Shown: piece by piece, positions 1-10,989 of the stretch | Layout of the letters: each line of letters opens with the position of its first letter | How positions within the stretch are numbered: the stretch's first letter is position 1 | NCBI RefSeq assembly: GCF_030684315.1 | Contig: NC_081359.1 | Location: 41,054,470-41,118,469 of the forward strand | From: Stegostoma tigrinum | Taxonomy: Eukaryota | Length of the DNA: 64,000 nt | Direction of reading: 5' to 3' | Notes under the pieces: model-generated | Databases searched by the model: none | Seen by the model: only the letters and a program-made list of their open reading frames with translations | Told to the model about the DNA's origin: nothing | Made by a program: the position numbers and the translations under genes

Positions 1-186
1 TCCCTGAGGTTGGTCCGGAGGGAGGAGGGTAACTTCTTCAGGTTAGGCATCCCTGGAAGAGGCTTCGCAGTGAGGTTAAAATAGTATCAGAGATAATGGG
101 AACTGCAGATGCTGGAGATTCCAAGATAATAAAATGTGAGGCTGGATGAACACAGCAGGCCAAGCAGCATCTCAGGAGCACAAAAG

Positions 187-218
187 CTGACGTTTCGGGC
201 CTAGACCCTTCATCAGAG
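187..218 (-). ncRNA. Minimal type I hammerhead ribozyme motif, first of 8 copies (repeats every 420 nt; predicted cleavage after minus-strand C at 189, 609, 1029, 1449, 1869, 2289, 2709, 3129)
   Basis: Minus strand reads cu-CUGAUGA-a-GGGU-cuag-GCCC-GAAA-CG-UC-ag: both conserved core boxes, stem II hairpin, palindromic ACGU helix III, GUC triplet. Minimal hammerheads of this form are known from Penelope-like elements. Stem I is only 2 bp locally; activity untested. Confidence 0.75.
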
Positions 219-470
219 AGGGGGATGGGGGGAGGGAACTGGAATAAATAGGGAGAGAGGGGGAGGCGGACCGAAGATGGAGAGTAAAGAAGATAGGTGG
301 AGAGGGTGTAGGCAGGTGCTGAGAAAGGTGATGTGGCTGTGGTACCTGGTTTGCTTCAGGACATGGTCGAGCAGTTTCAAGGCCGAAGAGATTACAAGAG
401 AGTTGCAATGGGAGAGAGATTCCCTGAGGTTGGTCCGGAGGGAGGAGGGTAACTTCTTCAGGTTAGGCAT
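213..470 (-). other. 85-aa ORF in each array unit (7 complete copies): Penelope-like N-terminus fused to a proline-rich tail read from the pLTR; translation unproven
   Basis: ATG-initiated MPNLKK...RYHSHITFLSTCL contains an HxxFLxxC motif like Penelope ORF N-termini; the TGA stop (213-215) lies within the hammerhead CUGAUGA box. Confidence 0.45.
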
Positions 471-3400
471 CCCTGGAAGAGGCTTCGCAGTGAGGTTAAA
501 ATAGTATCAGAGATAATGGGAACTGCAGATGCTGGAGATTCCAAGATAATAAAATGTGAGGCTGGATGAACACAGCAGGCCAAGCAGCATCTCAGGAGCA
601 CAAAAGCTGACGTTTCGGGCCTAGACCCTTCATCAGAGAGGGGGATGGGGGGAGGGAACTGGAATAAATAGGGAGAGAGGGGGAGGCGGACCGAAGATGG
701 AGAGTAAAGAAGATAGGTGGAGAGGGTGTAGGCAGGTGCTGAGAAAGGTGATGTGGCTGTGGTACCTGGTTTGCTTCAGGACATGGTCGAGCAGTTTCAA
801 GGCCGAAGAGATTACAAGAGAGTTGCAATGGGAGAGAGATTCCCTGAGGTTGGTCCGGAGGGAGGAGGGTAACTTCTTCAGGTTAGGCATCCCTGGAAGA
901 GGCTTCGCAGTGAGGTTAAAATAGTATCAGAGATAATGGGAACTGCAGATGCTGGAGGTTCCAAGATAATAAAATGTGAGGCTGGATGAACACAGCAGGC
1001 CAAGCAGCATCTCAGGAGCACAAAAGCTGACGTTTCGGGCCTAGACCCTTCATCAGAGAGGGGGATGGGGGGAGGGAACTGGAATAAATAGGGAGAGAGG
1101 GGGAGGCGGACCGAAGATGGAGAGTAAAGAAGATAGGTGGAGAGGGTGTAGGCAGGTGCTGAGAAAGGTGATGTGGCTGTGGTACCTGGTTTGCTTCAGG
1201 ACATGGTCGAGCAGTTTCAAGGCCGAAGAGATTACAAGAGAGTTGCAATGGGAGAGAGATTCCCTGAGGTTGGTCCGGAGGGAGGAGGGTAACTTCTTCA
1301 GGTTAGGCATCCCTGGAAGAGGCTTCGCAGTGAGGTTAAAATAGTATCAGAGATAATGGGAACTGCAGATGCTGGAGATTCCAAGATAATAAAATGTGAG
1401 GCTGGATGAACACAGCAGGCCAAGCAGCATCTCAGGAGCACAAAAGCTGACGTTTCGGGCCTAGACCCTTCATCAGAGAGGGGGATGGGGGGAGGGAACT
1501 GGAATAAATAGGGAGAGAGGGGGAGGCGGACCGAAGATGGAGAGTAAAGAAGATAGGTGGAGAGGGTGTAGGCAGGTGCTGAGAAAGGTGATGTGGCTGT
1601 GGTACCTGGTTTGCTTCAGGACATGGTCGAGCAGTTTCAAGGCCGAAGAGATTACAAGAGAGTTGCAATGGGAGAGAGATTCCCTGAGGTTGGTCCGGAG
1701 GGAGGAGGGTAACTTCTTCAGGTTAGGCATCCCTGGAAGAGGCTTCGCAGTGAGGTTAAAATAGTATCAGAGATAATGGGAACTGCAGATGCTGGAGGTT
1801 CCAAGATAATAAAATGTGAGGCTGGATGAACACAGCAGGCCAAGCAGCATCTCAGGAGCACAAAAGCTGACGTTTCGGGCCTAGACCCTTCATCAGAGAG
1901 GGGGATGGGGGGAGGGAACTGGAATAAATAGGGAGAGAGGGGGAGGCGGACCGAAGATGGAGAGTAAAGAAGATAGGTGGAGAGGGTGTAGGCAGGTGCT
2001 GAGAAAGGTGATGTGGCTGTGGTACCTGGTTTGCTTCAGGACATGGTCGAGCAGTTTCAAGGCCGAAGAGATTACAAGAGAGTTGCAATGGGAGAGAGAT
2101 TCCCTGAGGTTGGTCCGGAGGGAGGAGGGTAACTTCTTCAGGTTAGGCATCCCTGGAAGAGGCTTCGCAGTGAGGTTAAAATAGTATCAGAGATAATGGG
2201 AACTGCAGATGCTGGAGATTCCAAGATAATAAAATGTGAGGCTGGATGAACACAGCAGGCCAAGCAGCATCTCAGGAGCACAAAAGCTGACGTTTCGGGC
2301 CTAGACCCTTCATCAGAGAGGGGGATGGGGGGAGGGAACTGGAATAAATAGGGAGAGAGGGGGAGGCGGACCGAAGATGGAGAGTAAAGAAGATAGGTGG
2401 AGAGGGTGTAGGCAGGTGCTGAGAAAGGTGATGTGGCTGTGGTACCTGGTTTGCTTCAGGACATGGTCGAGCAGTTTCAAGGCCGAAGAGATTACAAGAG
2501 AGTTGCAATGGGAGAGAGATTCCCTGAGGTTGGTCCGGAGGGAGGAGGGTAACTTCTTCAGGTTAGGCATCCCTGGAAGAGGCTTCGCAGTGAGGTTAAA
2601 ATAGTATCAGAGATAATGGGAACTGCAGATGCTGGAGATTCCAAGATAATAAAATGTGAGGCTGGATGAACACAGCAGGCCAAGCAGCATCTCAGGAGCA
2701 CAAAAGCTGACGTTTCGGGCCTAGACCCTTCATCAGAGAGGGGGATGGGGGGAGGGAACTGGAATAAATAGGGAGAGAGGGGGAGGCGGACCGAAGATGG
2801 AGAGTAAAGAAGATAGGTGGAGAGGGTGTAGGCAGGTGCTGAGAAAGGTGATGTGGCTGTGGTACCTGGTTTGCTTCAGGACATGGTCGAGCAGTTTCAA
2901 GGCCGAAGAGATTACAAGAGAGTTGCAATGGGAGAGAGATTCCCTGAGGTTGGTCCGGAGGGAGGAGGGTAACTTCTTCAGGTTAGGCATCCCTGGAAGA
3001 GGCTTCGCAGTGAGGTTAAAATAGTATCAGAGATAATGGGAACTGCAGATGCTGGAGATTCCAAGATAATAAAATGTGAGGCTGGATGAACACAGCAGGC
3101 CAAGCAGCATCTCAGGAGCACAAAAGCTGACGTTTCGGGCCTAGACCCTTCATCAGAGAGGGGGATGGGGGGAGGGAACTGGAATAAATAGGGAGAGAGG
3201 GGGAGGCGGACCGAAGATGGAGAGTAAAGAAGATAGGTGGAGAGGGTGTAGGCAGGTGCTGAGAAAGGTGATGTGGCTGTGGTACCTGGTTTGCTTCAGG
3301 ACATGGTCGAGCAGTTTCAAGGCCGAAGAGATTACAAGAGAGTTGCAATGGGAGAGAGATTGATACTAGTTTTCAGTAGATGTGAGCTCTGTGCAGTGAT

Positions 3401-3871
3401 CACTCACAGGCGCGTGAAAGGCAAGTGACCCTAGTCTGTTCCCAGGGACAAATGCAGCTTCTGTCTGTTTTCTTATCATTCACTTTTTCTGTTGCTGTAT
3501 GAAGGTGAATATTTTGAATTATTTGAATGTTTCCCAGTAAGTGATGGCTCCACATTCTACAATGATAAGTTGCTAGGCCACGCTTGGCAGCATAGAAGGG
3601 GTAGCACTCCCTTAGACAGGGTTGCAAATGGAATTAGATTAAAGATGATCAGCTTGTTTCTTAAATAACAATGGATTTATGAATATATACCTGTATTTGA
3701 AATGAAGTGTTGTCAAGGTATTGTGCCTTTAAGAAATGTGTACTGTCCTATTTCTCTTGCAGAGTGGTGTTGTCACAGTGGTGACAAAATGTTTCCTTCA
3801 GACAAACAGTTGGCAAATAGCTTTGAGTTCTCCCTGGGTGTTTTTTTTTATATAAACTGTCAATTGTAGCC

Positions 3872-4069
3872 ATGATGTAGAAATGCCAGTGTTGGACTGG
3901 GGTGGACAAAGTCAGAAGTCACACACCACCAGGTTATAGTCCAACAGATTTATTTGAAATCACAAGCTTTCAGAGTGCTACCACTTCACCAGATGGAGAA
4001 GCAGCACTCCGAAAACTTGTGATTTCAAATGAACTTGATGGCTTATATCATGGTGTCATGTGACTTCTG
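3872..4069. mobile_element. Fold-back (palindromic) Penelope-derived element, second family
   Basis: Arms 3913-3982 and ~4000-4069 are imperfect reverse complements around a decayed hammerhead core; related copy at 49986-50131. Confidence 0.7.
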
Positions 4070-4313
4070 GGCTTTTTTTTAGAAACAAAAGAATAATGAG
4101 TGGGCCAGGTCAGGCTCACACCAAATCTGAGAGGATTTGGGTTTTTCTTTCAGTCAGTTGGTGGTTTTTACTGGCTGCTGAGCTGAAAGTTTGAGTTCTT
4201 GATTGCTAGAGTGAAGACTTAGAAAGAGGACTTTCCTCTTTGAAAGCGGAAGGGGCAGACTGCTTTCTCAATTTGTCTATTGGACTGGTCAGAGATAGCA
4301 CGTGAGAATAGTA

Positions 4314-4414
4314 GACAATAAAGTGTGAAGCTGGATGAACACAGCAGGCCAAGCAGCATCTCAGAAGCACAAAAGCTGATGTTTCGGGCCTAGACCCTTC
4401 ATCAGAGCCTTCAT
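4314..4414 (-). mobile_element. Short Penelope pLTR insertion carrying a hammerhead motif, same family as the array
   Basis: Close match to array unit positions ~125-218; flanked by the 15-bp direct repeat CACGTGAGAATAGTA (4299-4313, 4415-4429). Confidence 0.85.
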
Positions 4415-5329
4415 CACGTGAGAATAGTAACTGTTTTGCTGAATTGCATTTTTGCCAAATGGTGCATTTATGATATGTTGCCTATATTGGAACAGTTGTT
4501 GATTAGTGGTTAAATAATACATTATTTCTCAATACAGGAAAGTTATGCAATTCGTTTTGTTGTATTTTAGAGAGGAAAAGAAACAAAGGACTGTACTGAC
4601 TTTGGCAGCCTTTGGTACAGGATAGTCATCAAGTTCAACTTGCAACTGGCACTGTTTCACCAGACTATAGATTTTTTCTACCTTTTCTCTTGAGACAATG
4701 GCCCAAATCTCTCCAAATACTGGGAGTTAAATCTTCAATTCTCCATGGATGAAAAAATAATGTCTTACTTTTAGAGGAATTCTCCTCTCAAACTTCTGGG
4801 TCAGGAGTCTTCCTGGTTGCAGTGTCCTAATCTAGGGTCGAAGACCACAGGACCAACAAGAGAATGAATCAACAGTGCTGCTTGCCTCCTTTTAACAACA
4901 CACACCTGTCATAGTTGTTTAAATGTTATAAAGCCACATTTTTAGCTGCCGAGAGAAGGTAAGCATCTAAGGTATGTGGAAGGGGGAGTAGGATGTCAGA
5001 TGGTTGAGTGGATGGGATACCAGATAGGTGGAGAGATTTTGTGAAAGGTGGGCACAGATGGTGCAGATGATAGGTTGGTTGGGGTATACAGGTGGCAGGT
5101 TAGTGAAGCGAGGGTGGCAGATAAGTGCGAGAGTTCTTAAATCGGGTGGTTTAATGGTCACTCAGGGGTTAGGCAGATTTAATCCTCCAACATTCCAACA
5201 TAAAAAAGTTATAAATAAAACAATTAAAAATTTTCATACTTGATTCTTTTCTGAAAATCCCCAAAGTTGTGGCAATCCTACACAAAGAGCTGTCTCAGTT
5301 ATTGGGTAACATTCAGCATGTGAGTTGAA

Positions 5330-5630
5330 CAGTGGTTAGCACTGCTACCTCAGAATGTCAGGGACAGGGTTTGATTCCAGCCTTGGATGATTGTCAATAT
5401 GGAGTTCGCCCATTCTCCCTGTGTCTGTGTGGGTTTCTGTCAGATGCTTTACTTACCTCCCACAGTCCAAAGGTGAGCAGGTTAGGTGGATTGGCCATGT
5501 TAAAATTGGCCTGCAGTGTCCATGGATGTGAAGGTTAGGTAGATCAGGCATGGTAAAATGCAAGGATAGGGTGGATTGTCTTCCAAGTGTCGGTGCAGAT
5601 TTGAATAGCCCCTTTCTGCACTTTAGAGAT
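5330..5630 (+). mobile_element. HE1-like tRNA-derived SINE, decayed
   Basis: CAGTGGTTAGCACTGCT A-box region, GGTTTGATTCC B box, body similar to the copies at 28316 and 55160. Confidence 0.8.
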
Positions 5631-6087
5631 TTTTAAGGTGATAATAACAAGATTGGATGGTGATTTTAACCTAAACAACTGAATGGGTTGGATTGACCAT
5701 TACATTCTCCCTGATTTTACTCTCCATAGAAATAATGTTGTGTGGGCTATAAAAGCCCATCTGATCAGATTTCTGTTGAGTTGATTAAAATAAAATTCTC
5801 GTCCCATATCTGCTAACCAGGATATGGTCAATTAACAAAGCACAGATGAAGGAGTGAACGTGAAATTGTACTAACCTGTAAAGATCACGAACGTTCTATA
5901 AGATGCATTAAAACCATAGGGTCATTGCGGAATGTTCGTTATTTGGACAAAATAGTTTTGCAATTACATGAAATGCTGGGATGTGAAAATTGCGACAGCT
6001 GCTTCACTGACTGGACAAACAGCCTGAAATAGTCATACTCATGGAATTATACTGCATAGACAATGCATCAGGTAATGCCATTACAAC

Positions 6088-6490
6088 CAAAAATAGACAT
6101 TTCTGGATAAACTCTCCAGGTCTGGCAGTATTTGTAGAAAGTAGAGTCAACAATTTGGATTCTGTGACCCTTCTTCAGAGCAGATTGCAGCTAGGAAAAG
6201 GTGCTATGCATGCTGAAGACAGGTAGAGAGATGGGTGGGGGGTTGGAGGTTGCACTGAAGGAGTAAACAATAGGTGGACATGGAGCCCAGAGAGAGAGAA
6301 AATGAACAGCAGTTGGGCAGACAAAGGGATGGATTACAGTGAGTCGAGGAGAAAGAATTGAATTAAATTGAATTGAATTAGTTTTATTGATACATGTAAC
6401 TGCTAATAGGGACCATTACTAGGTGAAAATAGGTTGACTGAGATGAAAGCAGCTCATGAGATGACAAGGCCTGGAATGTAGAGGTGGTTA
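6088..6490 (-). mobile_element. Penelope-like 3' end/pLTR fragment, third family
   Basis: GACCCTTCTTCAGA (reverse complement of the CTGAAGAAGGGTC hammerhead core) at ~6166-6179, followed by purine-rich UTR-like sequence. Confidence 0.6.
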
Positions 6491-9251
6491 ACAGACGTAG
6501 CATCAGTGGCATCAATTGTAGCATTCAACCACAATTTGTCACCTTGTGTTCTGGCATTTCTCTATTCCACTATTGCAATCAGGCTGGGAACTAAATCCTT
6601 AGGTAATGAAGAGTACAGCAGAGAATGCCAGAAGGGTTATCAAACTGTCTACAGCAACTGAAGATCAAACATTGTGAAAATATAATACTGCCAAACAGTT
6701 GGAGCAGCATACAACCAACAGCACTAAGCAATTACACAAACAACAAAGCCCAGATTTAACCTTTATAGTCCTGTCATATCCAATCATTATGGCTATGAAT
6801 AATTAAAGGTATAATGAATAATTATGATAGGATGAGGAGGCTCTACAAATGTACCTATCCTCAATGGTAGCAGACCCATCAGCACAAAAGGCAAAGTAGA
6901 AGTACTTGTAACCATCTTCAGCCTGATGTGTTGAATAGATGTTCAGTTTCAGCTTCCTCCTGAGGTCCCCAATGTGGTATATTTAACTTGCCTTTGAAAA
7001 TATTTACCTTTAAGGACTCTATGTGCTCTATGTAAACAATGTTGAAGCTCGTCCTGATAGCTAGTCCACTTTGGGTTTGCAAGATGCACGTGCAGAGTTA
7101 ATCAATCCTTGGCCAGCAACTGATTCTTAGACTATTGTTATTACCAAGATATGGTGAACAACAGTGAAAAACATTGTGCTGATAAAGCCTATCATTTCTG
7201 AATCATCAGCGAGTAAAGTAAATCTACAGGTAGTGCATACAGTGACCATTTTCAAATTGTGCTAAAGTGAATGGGACAACTCTTGATGTGTTTGTTACAG
7301 CATTTGGAGGGTTTTGAAAACACAGCTTACTGGTAAACAGACATATTGAGAAGCCATGTAAATGCAATAGGGGAAGTTTGAAGTTCTTTATGTCTGATTG
7401 GCAGCTAAATGACAAGTGTTAATGGGTGCAGCATGCACAGCACTCAGTCCACCGATTGGTAATTCAAGACTGTATTAATTTCATTAGACACAAATTTGCA
7501 TAAGCTACAAAAGGCTTTGATTTGTTTCAGGCAAGTATTGTTCAATCAATTTCAAAGTCCTAACCAAAGTGTTGGAAATACAGATATGTCTGGAAATGAG
7601 ATGCTAAGTTCTCTGTTTTTTTTTAAACCATGCTATCATCACTTTGATGTGACAACAAAATGCAAATTAGTCCCAGAGTATGAGACATGAAATCTTCACC
7701 AGCTTAAACTTAATAACCAGCCCCAAACAGAATGAACTGCAATGACAGGCAGTAAGCATTGTTAAAAAAAACTTGTGAAACTTTTTCTTTGTATATGGAT
7801 ACACCAGTAACATACAGTTGAAGAGCAAAGCTGATGATAATGATGGAAGAAAGCAAAATTACACTCAATGGCCCACACATCAAGGCTTTACAAAATCAAT
7901 AGCAATGAAATTGAATACTTCCTAAAATAGTGTGCCGCCCCACTTCACCTTTTAGGTGAACCAGTGATTCAATAAAAATGTTTACCTTCGAAGCTAAAAG
8001 TAATCTATTTAATTTGATTGGTCTGATTGGAAACTGGAACTGTGTGTTCCATAGATAATTAAGAAGTATCAGTGCAGTTACAAGTCTCATCAGAGAAATA
8101 TTAACATTAAAGCTGCTCTGTTAAAGAGACTTTAGAGTTTCATTAAACTTTCTGTAAATGTTTACATTAAGATGTAAAACATGCCAATGTACATGAAAAC
8201 TATTCCACTCAATTTAATTGAAGTCCTTGAAAAACTCTGGTAGATTTTTTATTAGTAGCCGTACACTATAATGATATGGTCAGCAGCAAAATATGAATGT
8301 GGCATTCTACCAGCAAACACACCGCTTCCCACATTGTTTCCCAGTGCAGTTATCACCTTGAGCCTTAATTTATTTAATGTGCTCCTTTACATGAACAATA
8401 GGTCATTCAAAATGTGGCAGCTTCTGTTCAGAATTACTCCATAAGGTAATGATTGTGAAGATGTTAATAGTCATGTTACATTGGCTGCATTGGTTGTACT
8501 AATGTCACACAGAGCCTGGGTTGAGGACAAAGCAGTCTACTCTACCTTTCAGAGGGAGAAGGTGTCACTGCATCAGCTCCGTAAGGTCCTCGTAATTATG
8601 CCTCACCAAATGCATTTCCTCACAAAATGCAGTTGTGCTTAATTGCTATCATTGAAGAAACCTTCTTGTTATCTAACAACAGTACCTACACTGGACAAAT
8701 CAGGCAGCTAAAAAACATTTCCACAAACCTACCATACTCAACATGAACGGTTAGAGATCAAGAATGAACATATGGGATAGAAATTAAAAGCTGTACTGTT
8801 AGCAGAGGAAGTGTCCAAAAGATAGCCTCAGGCCAAGACTTCAACAGTAGAAGCTTCAGTTAGAAGAACTTACAAAAAGGAGAAAGAAGTGACTGCTGAA
8901 TTCAAACAAAAAATAGTGAACTTCTGTTATTTCACTGTCAATGACAGATTTACTAGAGAACAAAGACAAAGCTGTAAGAAATGCTTGAGACTATTACTAC
9001 CATGACTAGGGCCTGCATGTACTTATTTGATAGAAGGGAGATGGAGACCATGCTGTTTGTAATAACTCAAGAAGCCTGACTGGAAAGGAGCATCCTTTAC
9101 TGTTGAACAAAATAGAGTCACTACTTTTCCAGATTTTGTGCCTTACCCAATAGGTTTATAAAACTTCTACCTTCATCCAGTAGGTCAATTGGCCAGTCTT
9201 CTCATCTCATTCATAACATTTTTTTCTTTTTCCTTTTCTTCTTCTCTCTCC

Positions 9252-9810
9252 TCAGCAGCAAGTCCAGAGCAGCAATCCCTCATGCCCTGGAACACCACGA
9301 GCAGTGAGCCCTGCAGCAGCATATCGGAAGTAGCCCCAGAGCACTATGGAGGCAGGGAGTGCTAGCCAGTGGCACGAGCGGGAGCAGGCAGCTGATAGTG
9401 AGTGAGGGAGCTGGCAGCCTGAGGCAGCAATGGAGGGGCCCATGTATGAATCCCAGTACAGTGCAACTTCCTTGGTTGCTGCTGAGTGCTGGTGAGGAGC
9501 GGACTGAAGGCTGGAGCGATGTGGGATAATTACTGGACTTGGGCCTGCTGCCACATGCTGAGCTGCTGTTATTGGACTGTAATTTAAAACCTTTTCACTA
9601 TGTTGTAACTACCTCTGTAAGTAATGTTTATATTTTTGTTTAATCCTCTTTGTGTAAGAACACTATTTTATTTTCACTCCATAAAATTTGTACCTAGGTG
9701 CTTGTACCTAACATGGCACCATTAAAAGGCAGACATTGTATACATTTTTCACTCTACTCCTATACCTTTGCATTGTAGTACAAGTGACAATAAAGGATTA
9801 TCTATTCTAC
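9252..9810 (+). mobile_element. Probable non-autonomous non-LTR retroelement
   Basis: GC-rich 5' part, then an AT-rich tail ending GTGACAATAAAG...TATCTATTCTA, like LINE-dependent 3' ends. Confidence 0.4.
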
Positions 9811-10329
9811 TCATGGCATACATAAGTTAGTCCCAGCCCAGGATAGACAGTTCTGCAGACTCATCCCTCGGTCTGGATTTCTTTTTAGTCTGGATCTGTT
9901 ATCACACAAAACTGAACAGCTTTCCCACCAATAAGTCAAGCAACATTTTCTTTGTTTTTTTAACTACTAAGCACCACCAGTGAATCAGTCATGCAGCCAA
10001 TAGGACATTTCTGGATCTGCTTTTTATCATATATTCAGAAGTGCTCTTACACGCAACTGAACATCTTTCTCACCAGCAAATCACCATGGCTTTTTCTTGT
10101 TTTTAACTATTAAATGACGCTAGTAAGATGTAGCCTGCCACTTGATTATGTGGCAGAACAAAGTACCAAGGGGTGGCATGTGCAAACACTGCTGGCAGAA
10201 AAAGCCTTTTGCAACTTCCAGACAGTCTCCTACTCAAGTCCTAATCAGACCTGAGTCAATTTAGCTTCCAAGATCAAGCATTTTCAGATTAGCATGGCCA
10301 CAGCTGGATTTGCTTTGCTTTTTTTTAAA

Positions 10330-10680
10330 AGTCATCCTGCGATTATTACACACTTGAAGTGTAGGTAGGACCTGGACTCGTGTCTGCTGGCTCCAGCAAC
10401 AGGGATATTACCACTGTGGTCCAAAAACCCTTTGGCTCTGCTATGCGTTACCTTAGCCTATTGTACCAATCAATCTGCTCAAAGATGCTATCACATATCT
10501 CTGGAGCAGGTGAGACATGAACCCAGGCCTCTTAATCTGGGAGTAGGGATACTTCCACTGCGCAACAAGGGCCCTCCTTGGCTTGGCTTTTTTTTAAATT
10601 AGCTTATTTTTCTAATTAGTCTGTTCAGAGATATTATTACTTATTTCTGGAGTGGGCGGGATTATAGGACAGGAGTTCCA
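10330..10680 (-). repeat. About three degenerate tandem tRNA-derived SINE-head units
   Basis: Recurring CTGGAGC/TG..GG..GAACCCAGG and GGGATA(C/T)T(A/T)CCACTG blocks near 10360-10430, 10500-10575 and 10645-10675, separated by T-runs. Confidence 0.5.
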
Positions 10681-10989
10681 GGACTTTGAAGGATGTGTTT
10701 CCAACATTTCAGTTCCAGCAACCCTTCTTCAGAGGTGTTACCTCTGCTTTCTCAATACTGATGCTGCCAGGCCTGTTGGGTTTTCCCAGAATTTTTGTTT
10801 TTGTTTGTTTCTGACCTCCAACATCTGAAGTTTTCTTTTATTTCCAAGCTGGGATAGTTTGTGACTTGGATTGGAACTTGGAAGTGATGGTATTCCCCGC
10901 CCTTGACTTTTCAGCTAGGAAAGATTGTGAGTTTGAGAGGCATTATTAAATTAGTTTGTGGAGTTGCTGGGCTGCAACTTGTAGATGGT

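Larger units (their letters stand above)
1..3361 (-). repeat. Tandem array of eight 420-bp units derived from a Penelope-like element terminal repeat (pLTR) plus the start of its ORF; runs off the left edge of the window
   Basis: Sequence and ORF track repeat with exact 420-nt period; the only differences I see are A>G at 958 and 1798. Unit positions ~88-310 match dispersed Penelope ends (4314-4406, 31603-31760, 58189-58321). Confidence 0.97.
3711..4570 (+). mobile_element. Degenerate LTR-like segment with two nested Penelope-derived insertions
   Basis: Starts near TGTCA; 4430-4560 resembles the Gypsy 3' LTR region at 58860-59050. Boundaries approximate. Confidence 0.4.

Noticed and set aside
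35-41. Second CUGAAGA box on the minus strand of each unit
   Set aside because: No stem II hairpin or nearby GAAA box; it is the Leu-Lys-Lys coding sequence of the ORF.
1-420. Endless ORF on a 420-nt circle (length divisible by 3)
   Set aside because: The ORF track shows only short ORFs with stops in every unit and no ORF spanning several units.
277-504. 75-aa plus-strand and 78-aa minus-strand ORFs in each unit
   Set aside because: Antisense or alternative-frame shadows of the Penelope-derived sequence with no recognisable motif; the 78-aa frame lacks an ATG start.
1-3361. CRISPR array or multi-copy gene cluster
   Set aside because: Units are identical over the full 420 bp with no variable spacers, the context is eukaryotic, and the sequence derives from a Penelope-like element.
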